Part shown: positions 11,399 through 22,424 of the stretch, one piece after another
Layout: each line of letters opens with the position of its first letter
Position numbering within the stretch: the stretch's first letter is position 1
Notes under the pieces: model-generated
What the model was told of the DNA's origin: nothing
What the model saw: the letters and a program-made list of their open reading frames with translations, nothing else
The model's database searches: none
Position numbers and translations under genes: made by a program
NCBI RefSeq assembly: GCF_032444005.1
Contig: NC_091282.1
Span: 470,456,001 to 470,520,000 of the forward strand
DNA length: 64,000 bases
Source: Ranitomeya imitator
Lineage: Eukaryota
Direction of reading: 5' to 3'

Positions 11399-14300
11399 AT
11401 GAAGAAGGCAGGGAGTAAGGCACGTGGGCATGGAGGTGGAGCAGGTGGGCACCGGTGACTCATCATCCCCCAGTTTTAGCAGGGAACAGTCCTTCATGCG
11501 CCGCTTTGTAGGAGCTTGCCGTACCCCACTGCTGCGGGACAAACAAATTGAAGCTGTTGTCAGATGGATGGCAGCTAACACATCGACTTCAATTAGTGCC
11601 ACATTCTCTCAGGCTCAGAGCACTGAAGAGCACCCATCTGTCTCTTCACCACCTGCCAAATTGCACAGGCAGTCAGAGAGCCCAGGAAAGGAGCCATCTC
11701 TACTTCTGTTCTCTGAATCTCTTGGCTTGGAAAGAGGGGGCCAGCCAAGCAGCATTCGAGAAATGGAAGAAGAGGCAGTGTGCAGTGATGCCCAAAAGCT
11801 TTGTCTCTCTGAATATGAAGAGGCGGGTGGGCCAGTGCCTCCGGTCAGCACACCTCAGTACGCATCTGATAATGAGACTCAGGTGCCACTTTCTGGAGCG
11901 TACTGTGCTGTCGAGACTGCCCAGGAGAAGCAGTTGGTGGAAGAGGGTAGTGTAGATGATGAGGTCCTTGACCTATCATGGCATGAGGTACAGGAAGGTG
12001 GTGGAAGCAGCTCTGAGGAAGAGATTCCCTGAACAGCCCAAAAAGGTGGGAGGGGGAAGAGTGCGTTGCCTGTAGCCTCCACTTTGGCACCCATTAGGAG
12101 TATGCCTCTTCCAAAAGCCAAAACGGGCGCTCCCAAGACTTGCAGTGCCTGGTCCTTTTTTGACACAGTTGCAGATGACATTTGCTTTGTCAAATTCAAG
12201 CTCTGTAATCAGAAAGTCAAAAGAGGGAAAAGTGCCAGCAACCTCAATACCACACATTTGTGGAAACATGTGCGGACCCAGAACGTGGTGGAGTTACAAA
12301 AACACACTGAATACCTAGGCCAACCTACAGCGGCACCTAACACCTCTTCAGCTCGTGTTGTAGCCTCTTCCTCCAGTTCACATACAGCTGGTTCGGCTTC
12401 CTCACAGGACCCATGGAATAACCTCTGGCACTGTTGTCCAGAGACCCAGTGTAATTCCACCCACAGCACCATGTTCCCAGTCATCCTCACACTCCCAGCC
12501 CAGTCTACAGCCATTGTTAGCACAGACATGGGAGAAAAGGCCGCCATTCTTGACAAACCACCCCCGAGCACAGGCTTTGAATGCTGGCATTGCAAAACTA
12601 CTGTCCCTTGAAATACTGTCATTCAGGCTGGTGGAGACTGACACCTTCCGTAACTTGATGGCATTAGCAGTCCCACAATACAACATGCCCAGCCGCTTTA
12701 ATGTCAGGAGGCAAGCTGTCCCTGCCCTGCAAAAGCATGTGGGGGGAAACAATAAACATGCGCTACTAAACACCATCATATACTCCAGACCATACATGCA
12801 CCACTACGTAAAATACCACGGGTGCTCGGATATATTAAAGGTTCAGTGCAACCAAGAGTAAATATAGAAACCTAAAAAAACAGCACTACAAAGAACCAAA
12901 TAAAAGATAACAATCTTTATTAAATAACCAATATAAACAACATGCAGATATCAAAAAGGGAATCCAGGACATGACAAATGATCACCAAACACAGACAGTG
13001 TGGAGACCCGCAGGTAAGTGATACACAGTGCATCATAGACTAATATTCACTCCTATAAAGTGCAAGTACGCTCTGTTACACAGTGCAGTAAAACATATCA
13101 GCCCCTACCAATGCATGGATATATAGATAAGTAAACAGCAGAAAGTGCAAAGTATTACCTAAACATGCAAGGCGAAGCTATAATCTAATAAAGAGAGGAG
13201 TGAACAAGCATAAAGTTAACCGGTCATAATACCTGAGGGGAAACCACACTGCCATGTAGCAAGGTCCACCTCACCACCGATGCGTGGACCAGTCACCATA
13301 GACAGGGACGATACCTTTCCCTCACTTCACTTTGGGTTAATGTTGTAGAGCCAGGTACAGATCGTGAGAGTGGCGCTGTACGTGTTCTGCAAACCCCAAG
13401 GATTGCAGGAATCCAGTCTGTACACATTGACTCCTCCTCATACTCCAGTTCCTCTGAATCAGTGCTGCAGGAGCCTTCACAGTCCACCTCCACATGGACC
13501 CGTGAATGCTTGCCTGTTATGACCGATATGAGCACAGCTGTGGCCAAACATCAACAGGCCGTATTGAAATTAATTTCTTTGGGGAATCGAAGCAACACAG
13601 TGCAGGACCTCTGGAATGCCATCAAGCAGGAGAGCGACATGTGGTTTGTGCCAGTGAATCTCCAGCCAAGCATGGTAGTGTGTGACAATGGCCAAAAGCT
13701 GGTGGCAGCTCTGGGCCTAGGCAACCTCACTCACATCCCATGTCTGGCACATGTGCTCAATTTGGTCATGCAGAGTTTTTTGAGGGACTTGATGCACTGC
13801 TGCACAAGGTCCGCCTAGACTGTGCTCACTTGCGGCGTTCCAGCATGGCAAGATCGTGCATTGCAGCTCTGCAACGCCGATTCCGCCTTCCAGAACATTG
13901 CATCATATGTGACCTTTCCACCAGGTGGAATTCAACGTTACATATGTTGGAGCGGTTGTGTGAGCAGCAGCCAGCAGTAATGGAGTACCAGCTGCATCAG
14001 GCGCAAAGAAGTCGCCCATGCGTGCCGTTTAGACTTTACAACCACTGAGTGGGCCACTATGAAGGACATCTGCCAGGTTTTGTGTGCCTTCGATGATTCC
14101 ATGTGGATGGTGAGTGCAGATGATGCACTAGTCAGCATGACTATCCCCCTTATCTGCCTGTTTGAAAAAACACTGCAAGCGCTAAGGGATGAGGTTGTGG
14201 AAGAGGTGGAGGATGAGGAGTCACAAATGCCATTTGCTTCTGGACAGTCTGCGCAATGTGGTTCCTCACAAAGATCTAGGCAGGGGACAGTTTGTGAGGA

Positions 14301-15160
14301 GGATGAGGAGGAGTCAATGGAGGAGGAAGACATCTGTCCAGATGAGGGAGTTACATAATTCTCCAGTAGTCAGTATGTAGAGCGAGGGTGGGGTGATGCA
14401 GAGCAGGCAGAGATCATGCCTCAAGCAGGGGACAGCATTTCTTGGCCAGTTGGCAGTCTGCAGCACATGGTTGATTTCATGCTGAAGTGCCTGAGAAACG
14501 ACCGCCGCATCGCCCACATTCTCAACAAGGCTGATTATTGGGTGTACACCCTCCCAGATCCTTGCTACCGGGACAATTTTCAAAGCCTCATAACACCGTT
14601 TAACCGGGAACGTAAAATGCGGGAGTACCAAAACACACTTGTGCAGTCCATCATCTTCTCCAGTCCAATCAAGAGCAGTGCTGCTACTAGTGCTTTACAA
14701 AGCAGCTCAGTGCGTCAAGGCAGTGGAGGAAGCTCTGCACAAAGAGGGAGCAGAAGCAGTGCCTCAGCACAAGGCAAGACCAGTATGGCCCAACTGTGGC
14801 AAAGTTTTGTGTGCCCGCCACAAATCTCTACACCATGCTCCAGTCAGCAGGAGGCAACGTTTCCGTCAGATCGTGACAGGCTACATGGCTTGCCCTCTCA
14901 GTGTACTCCCAGACGGCTCTTCCCCCTTCAAGTTTTGGGTCTCTAAGCAGGATACATGGCCAGAGCTTAGCCAGTATGCATTGGAGGTGCTGGCTTGCCC
15001 TGCTGCTAGTGTATTATCGGACCGCATCTTTAGTGCCGCAGGTGGTGTACTAATAAACCGTTGCATGCGACTATCCTTCGATAACTTTGACTGGCTTACT
15101 TTTCTGAAAATGAACAAGGCCTGGATCTCGCAGGAATTTGCCACTACTCTTCCAGATTAA
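11399..15160 (+). pseudogene. hAT transposase pseudogene (BED finger, DDE core, hATC dimerisation domain)
   Basis: BED-like AWSFF...KLCNQKVKRGKSASNLNTTHLWKH; KVHLTTDAWTS at ~13260-13295; TRWNSTLHML; WPELSQYALEVLACPAASVLSDRIFSAAG. Several stops and frameshifts, and an insertion at ~12778-13250. Confidence 0.9.
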
Positions 15161-15224
15161 ATAATTGGTTGGCAACAGTATCCAGGTCTCCTGTTGTGTT
15201 CATGTTTCTACCACCTGAACTGTA

Positions 15225-16680
15225 ATCCCTGGGCTCCAACACCACCAGTTGCTGCTCAGAAGTGCCGTCTGCACAATAATCACATGACCCAGTGTTATAC
15301 ATAGGGTTTCAGTAGCAACAAATGATCCCCAGCTGTGTATCTGGCAATTTCTCCTGCTACCTCCACACTCACACAACTTCAGATATTAAACTTGCTCCAA
15401 TTAGGCCTCGGTCTACACTCTGCTTCTCCTGGATTCCTTGTTCTCCATCACCTCTAATTGCAGCTCGGAAGTGTCACCTGCACAGTCAACACTTGGTGCC
15501 ATGTTATTGGGTTTCAGTAACATTAGCTGATCCCCCGCTGTGTATCCGGCAATTTCTCCTGCTACCTCCACACTCACACTACTTCAGATATTAAACTTGC
15601 TCCAATTAGGCCTCAGCCTACACTCTGCTTCTCCGAGATTCCTTGGGCTCCAACAACGCCAGTTGCTGCTCGGAATTGCCGTCTGGACAGAGAAAAACAC
15701 TAGCTCCTGTGTTAGTGGGGTTCAGTAATGTCAGCTGCTCCCCTGCTGTATGTGCGGCAATTTCTCCATTGAGTTTCTAGCATTGACCCTGAGCTCCAAC
15801 AACGCCAGTTGCTGCCCGGAAGTGCTGCCTGCACAGTCACCAGTTGCTCCTCTGTTATTGGGGTTCAGTAATGTCAGCTGCTCCCCTGCTGTGTATCCAT
15901 CAATTTCTCCTGCTCCCTCCACACTAAGACTCTAACAGATATTAAACTTGCTCCAATTAGGCCTCGCCCTGCACTATGCTTCTAGCATTGACCCTGGGCT
16001 CCAACACCACCAGTTGCTGCCTGGAAGTGCTGTCTGCACAGTCAACAGTTGCTCCTCTGTTATTGGGGTTCAGTAATGCTAGCTGCTCCCCTGCAGTGTG
16101 TGTGGCAATTTCTCCACTCAGGGTCTAGCATTGACCCTGGGCTCCAACACTGCCAGTTGCTGCCCGGAAGTACTGTCTTCACAGTCAACAGTTGCTCCTC
16201 TGTTATTGGGGTTCAGTAATGTCAGCTGCTCCCTTGCTGTGTGTGCGGCAATTTCTCGTGCTCCCTCCACACTAACACTACTACAGAAATGAAAGGGAAG
16301 CTTTCCCCTCAGGCATTTGTAACTAAAAGAGCCCGCTTGTGCAGCACTAATGGTGCACAAGGAAAAGGTGGCTCTTTTAGTTATGCTCTTTGCACACGCT
16401 GAACTAAACACTTATAAAATGTAAACCCCTCATACGGTTCAACAGTTTGAGGGGCACATTTTATAAGTGTTAACTTGAGCGTGTGCAAGGAGAATAAGTA
16501 AAAGAGCCACCTTTTCCTTGTGCAGCATTAGGGCTGCACAAGGTGGCTCTTTTAGTTGCAAATGCCTGGGGGGGTTACAGGTTCCTTTTCAACCTGCTCA
16601 AATTAGGCCTCAGCCTACACTCTATTTCTCCTGTAATCCCTGGGCTCCAACACCGCCAGTTACTGCTCAGAAGTGTCTTT
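15225..16680 (+). repeat. Degenerate tandem repeats (~150-210 bp units) and a ~260-bp hairpin within the hAT 3' region
   Basis: Recurring GGGCTCCAACACCACCAGTTGCTGC...GTTATTGGGGTTCAGTA units; inverted repeat at ~16310-16570. Confidence 0.75.
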
Positions 16681-17329
16681 TGCACAGGTACTCCCTCCTG
16701 CCCAGTCTGGTTCCAGCACGCCAGCTGTTTCTCGGTAGTGTCAAGGTCACTTTGTCTCCAATACGTTGTCCTGTCGGGTTGCGGTCAGGTTAGCCAACTC
16801 TATGGTGCTTGCAGTTTAGGTGCTTCCTATGTGGGCTGCGGGAACTGCCAATCAAGGCTGGTTCCGTAGTGCCAATGGGACAAGCTCCCCCTGTAGGACT
16901 GTGGTTTTTTTTTGTAACTACGGCTGGCTCGTGGCCTAGCAATTTTTTTTCCCTGTGGACCTTCTGCTGCCTATCTGAGTTCCAGCACCATTAGCTGGTT
17001 CTTTGGCAGACAATCTTGAATAGGTCCCCCTGGTTCCAGTACCGTCATCTGGTTTCAGGCAGAGCCTTTGGCTTAGGTGCCTCCTTCTGGGTATCCGAGT
17101 TCCACCAACGTCTGGTGGTCCTTGGTAATGCTTTCTGGCACGGGTACCTCCTGCTTAGTAACCGGGTACCAGTACCTTCAGCTGGTCATCGGTAGTGATG
17201 AAGAAGTAGAATATGAAGAAGAATAATAGTTGAATAAAAAGAATATGAAGAATGTAAAAAAAGAATAACAGGAAGAAGGTTTCTAAAATCTGCACCCCTC
17301 AAGGTGCTCAAAACCACATTCAATAAGTT

Positions 17330-19110
17330 TATTAACCCTTCAGGTGTTTCACAGGAATTTTTTCACAAAAAATTTATTCAGCTACAATTTGTTTTATTTT
17401 ACCAAGGGTAACAGGAGAAAATGGACCCCAATAGTTGCTGTACAATTTGACCTGAGTACGCTGATACCCCATATGTGGGGGTAAACCACTGTTTGGGCGC
17501 AAGGGAGAGCTCGGAAGGGAAGGAGCGCCATTTGACTTTTCAATGCAAAATTGACAGGAATTGAGATGGGACGCCATGTTGCGTTTGGAGTGCCACTGAT
17601 GTGCCTAATCATTGAAACCCCCACAAAGGACACCATTTTGGAAAGTAGACCCCCTAAGGAACTTATCTAGTTGTGTGGTGAGCACTTTGACCCATTAAAT
17701 GCTTCACAGAAGCTTATAATGCAGAGCTGTAAAAATAAAAATTTTCACAACAATGAACTTTTCGCCCCCAATTTTTCATTTTCTCAAGGGTAAGAGAAGA
17801 AATTGGACACCAAAGTTGTTGTACAATTTGTCCTGAGTACGCTGATACCCCATATGTCGGGGTAAACCACTGTTTGGGCGCAAGGGAGAGCTCAGAAGGG
17901 AAGGAGCGCCATCTCAGGAATTGAGATGGGACGCCATGTTGCGTTTGGAGAGCCACTGATGTGCCTAAACATTGAAGTTCCCCACAAGTGACACCATTTT
18001 GGAAAGTAGACCCCCTAAGGAATTCATCTAGATGTGTTGTGAGAGCTTTGAACCCCCAAATGTTTCACTACAGTTTATAAAGCAGAGCCGTGAAAAAAAT
18101 TTTTTCCCACAAAAATTATTTTTTAGCCCCCAGTTTTGTATTTTCCCAAGGGTAACAGGAGAAATTGGCCCCAAAAGTTGTTGTCCAATTTGTCCTGAGT
18201 ACACTGATACCCCATATGTGGGGGGAACCACCATTTGGTGCATGGGAGATCACGGGAGGGAAGGAGCAGACTTAGATGGATTGGTCTGCAGGCGTCACGT
18301 TGCGTTTGCAGAGCCCCTAATGTACCTAAACAGTAGAAACCCCCACAAGTGACCCCATATTGGAAACTAGACCACCAAGGAACTTATCTAGATGTGTTAT
18401 GAGAACTTTGAACCCCCAAGTGTTTCACTACAGTTTATAACGCAGAGCTGTGAAAATAAAAAATCTTTTTTTTTCCACAAAAATTATTTTTTAGCTCCCA
18501 GTTTTGTATTTTCCCAATGGTAAGAGAAGAAATTGGACCCCAATCGTTGTTGTCTAATTTGTCCTGAGTACGCTGATACCCAACATGTGTGGGGGAACCA
18601 CCATTTGGGCGCATGGCAGAGCTCGGAAGGGAAGGAACGCCATTTGGAATGCAGACTTAGATGGATTGGTCTGCAGGCTTCATGTTGCATTTGCAGAGCC
18701 CCTGATGTAACTAAACAGTAGAAAACCCCCACAACTGACCCCATATTGGAAACTAGACCCCCCAAGGAACTTATCTAGATGTGTTGTGAGAAGTTTGAAC
18801 CCCCAAGTGTTTCAATACAGTTTATATCGCAGAGCCGTGAAAATAAAAAATCTTTTTTTCCCACAAAAATTATTTTTTAGCCCCCAGTTTTGTATTTTCC
18901 CAAGGGTAACAAGATAAATTGGACACCAAAGCTGTTGTCCAATATCTCCTGAGTATGCTGATACCCCATATGTTGGGGTAAACCCCTGTTTGGGCGCACG
19001 GGAGAGCTCGGAAGGGAAGGAGCACTGTTTTACTTTTTCAACGCAGAATTGGCTGGAATTGAGATCGGACGCCATATAATGTTTGGAGAGCCCCTGATGT
19101 GCCTAAACAG
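17330..19110 (+). repeat. Tandem array of ~5 units of 362-385 bp
   Basis: Marker GAGTA(C/T)(G/A)CTGATACCC at 17454, 17835, 18197, 18566 and 18951. Fragments of the same unit occur at ~37230-37560 and ~40300-40430. Confidence 0.85.
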
Positions 19111-19132
19111 TTTAAACCCCCCAATTATAACT

Positions 19133-19315
19133 GAAACCCTAATCCGAACACACCCCTAACCCTAATCTCAATGGTAACCCTAACCACACCCCTAACCCTT
19201 ACACGCTCCTAACCCTAATCCCAACCCTATTCCCAATCGTAAATGCAATCCAAACCCTAACCCTAACTTTAGCCACAACCCTAACCCTAACTTTAGCCCC
19301 AACCCTAACCCTAAC
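19133..19315 (+). repeat. Degenerate telomere-like (CCCTAA)n tract
   Basis: Multiple AACCCTAACCCTAA units interspersed with CTTTAGCC variants; resumes as CCTAAC at 20082. Confidence 0.8.
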
Positions 19316-20081
19316 TGTTGTGAATTCTGTGATCAAGCTCCCTCCTGTGGTCACGAGTGGTACTGCGGCTTCTGAGTTTCCTTCCTCAGGTGATGAGGTT
19401 AAGTCGTTAGGTGCTGCTCTATTTAACTCCACCTAGTGCTTTGATCCTGGCCTCCAGTCAATGTTCTAGTATTGGTCTTGCTTCCTCCTGGATCGTTCCT
19501 GTGGCCTGTCTGCTCAGCATAAGCTCAGTTCTGCTTGTGTTACTTTTTGCTATTTTTCTGTCCAGCTTGCTTTTTGGGTTTTGCTTGCTTGCTGGTAGCT
19601 CTGAGACGCAGAGGGAGCACCTCCGTACCATTAGTCGGTGCGGAGGGTCTTTTCGCCCCTCTGCGTGGTTGTTTGTAGGTTTTTGTGTTGACCGCAAAGC
19701 TATCTTTCCTATCCTCGGTCTATTCAGTAAGTCGGGCCTCACTTTGCTAAATCTATTTCATCTCTGTGTTTGTATTTTCATCTTAACTCACAGTCATTAT
19801 ATATGGGGGGCTGCCTTTTCCTTTGGGGAATTTCTCTGAGGCAAGGTAGGCTTATTTTTCTATCTTCAGGTCTAGCTAGTTTCTCAGGCTGTGCCGAGTT
19901 GCATAGGGAGCGTTAGGCGCAATCCACGGCTACCTCTAGTGTGGTTTGATAGGTTTAGGGATTGCGGTCAGCAGAGTTTCCACGTCTCAGAGCTCGTCCT
20001 ATGTTTTGTGGATTTTGTCAAGTTACTTGTGTGCTCTGAACTGCAAGGTCCATTGTGGTTCTGAATTACCTATTCATAACA
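19316..20081. mobile_element. Solo LTR (766 bp)
   Basis: TGTTGTG...CATAACA termini; CCTAAC on both flanks. Confidence 0.8.
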
Positions 20082-21449
20082 CCTAACCACCTGTTTTTTG
20101 CAGGACGAGTAGACGTTTTTATTGGTAACATTTTCGGGCACGTTACATTTTTTAATCGCTTTTTATTCCGATTTTTGTGAGGCAGAATGACCAAAAACCA
20201 GCTATTCATGAACTTCTATTGGGGGGCGGGCGTTTATACCGTTCCGCATTTGCTAAAATTGATAAAGCAGTTTTATTCTTCGGGTCAGTACGATTACAGC
20301 GATACCTCATTTATATCATTTTTTATGTTTTGTCGCTTTTATACGATAAAAACTCTTTTATAGAAAAATAATTATTTTTGCATCGCTTTATTCTGAGGAC
20401 TATAACTTTTTTATTTTTTTGCTGATGATGCTGTTTGGTGGCTCGTTTTTTGCGGGACAAGATGCCGTTTTCAGCGGTACCATGGTTATTTATATCCGTT
20501 TTTTTGATCGCGTGTTATTCCACTTTTTTTTCGGTGGTATGATAATAAAGTGTTGTTTTTTGCCTTTTTTTATGGTGTTCACTGAAGGGGTTAACTAGTG
20601 GGACATTTTTATAGGACGGGTCGTTATGGACACGGAGATACTAAATATGTGTACTTTTTTTATTTAGATAAAGGAATGTATTTATTGGAACAATATATTT
20701 TTTATATAATTATCTATTTAGGAATTTTTTTTTTCACACAAGTAAAAAATTTTATTTTTGTACTTTGCCCCGGGGGATAGAGGGGGGGGCATCACAGTTT
20801 GTTGACAGATCGCTGATCTGACACTTTGCCGTGCACTGTGTCAGATCAGCGATCACACAGGCAAAGCAGGGAAGCTTACCAGTGCTTGCTCTGAGCAGGC
20901 GCTGGTAAGCCACCTCCCTGCAGGACTCGGATGCAGCCCACCGGCCATTTTGGATCCGGGCCTGCAGGGAGGAACAGGTAAGAGACCCTCGCAGCAATGT
21001 GATCACATCGCGTTGCTCCGAAGGTCTCAGGGAAGCACGCAGCGAGCCCTCTCCCTGCACGATGCTTCCCTATGCCGCCGGAACACTGCAACGCCGGGGG
21101 TTAATGTGTCGGGGACAGTCCGTGACTGCTCCTGGAACATAGTGCCAGATATCAGCTGCGATAGTCAGCTGACACCCGGCCGCGATTATCGGCGCTCCCC
21201 CCGTGAGAGCGGCTGATCGCGCTGGACGTACTATTCCGTCCTTGGGATGTAGGGCCCATCCCACATGGACGGAATAGTACATCCAATGGCAGTAAGGGGT
21301 AAATTCTTAACTTTAGATCCCTCTTCTGGCTTCAGTAGGACAGACAACAAAAAAAGACTGAAAGGTGAAAGAAATTTTCACAGCATCTTATTTTGATTTT
21401 TTCTAAAAAACTGTATTATTTACTTAAAGGGGTTGTACCACAAACAAAG

Positions 21450-22424
21450 TGTTAGGACTGGCGGAACGCACCTAGACAGATGATAAAGGTGCGTTCGCAG
21501 TCCGGGGTCCACCGTGCAGGTGAGAACCTGCTGCTAGCAATTTGCAGACAATATGGCGGTACACTAAAGTATACACGCGTGGGTTAAACCTCACACAGCG
21601 TGAAGAAAGCGATCCTGTTAATTCACAGGACCGCAGTACCGCACTAGTGCGCGAGCAAGTGGTCAGCGGACTTAACCCCAGAAGGGATTGAAGCCCGATT
21701 AGACCCTTGCTGGCGTAACACCGCAACTGGGTGTGTAGAGAACCTTAAGAAATATAAGTGCACAAGAGTGCAAGCGATGCCGCACTAACGGACGCCACTA
21801 ACCACCCAGACTCGGGTATGGAAAGCGCAAGGCAGGCGCACGGCGCCGTACTGGCAGGCACAGCTACAGGACGCTGAGATGTGTGTTTAGTGCTGTAGGC
21901 TAAGTCGGGCGCTAGATAGCAGCCATACACCTTCCGCGAACAGACATTCAATAGGGTAGGGGTTTCCAAGGACGACTTGCACTCACAACATACACACATA
22001 AGCAATTGTCAGATAATACTAGCGCATGGCCGTGCGGTCATGCGCAGTTTATATAGCAGCAGCACAGGAAGAGGCCACAGCACCTTTGCCCTTCCAGGGC
22101 CTGCAAAGAGGACCAATGGAATGTGCTGCAGAGCCTGAGCACATGACCCTCGATCTCCAACGGGAGACCTTATGCTGGGCATGCTCAGTACGTGCAGACA
22201 AGGACTTAGTCCCAGGGAAGTCCGCTCGCTGCTGACCAGCATTGACTTTAATGGCAGAGACTGGAGAAGCAGCAGTAACTCTCAGAACAGAGTGAGGATG
22301 AGCAAGACGCTGGGACCGACGTCTTTGCTGAGCAGACTCCACTGCGGCTGGACAAGAATGGGAGACCGCAGCGGAGGCGGCTCGAGATTCCCCCTGTGCA
22401 GAAGCGGGAACTCGACCCCTAACA
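21450..22424 (-). repeat. 3' LTR
   Basis: Direct repeat of 26598-27572; preceded on the - strand by the polypurine tract AGGAGGGGGGGGTAA. Confidence 0.97.

Larger units (their letters stand above)
10243..17190 (+). mobile_element. Large decayed hAT transposon (right TIR not found)
   Basis: Begins with the same TAGTGTTGAGCATTCC terminus as the MITEs; contains transposase remnants and 3' tandem repeats. Right boundary is approximate. Confidence 0.8.
17300..21299 (+). mobile_element. piggyBac-like (TTAA/CCCCTT) non-autonomous element, left end lost
   Basis: Right end ...AAGGGG at 21299; 20090-21299 is similar to the TTAA-flanked element at 50212-54563. Carries a tandem array, telomere-like repeats and a solo LTR. 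Confidence 0.6.

Noticed and set aside
17330-19110. Regular repeats resembling a CRISPR array
   Set aside because: Whole ~370-bp units are repeated with no unique spacers and no cas genes; the context is eukaryotic.
19133-19315. Evidence of an ancestral chromosome fusion
   Set aside because: The tract is short, degenerate, single-orientation and embedded in a transposon-like element, with no head-to-head TTAGGG/CCCTAA junction.
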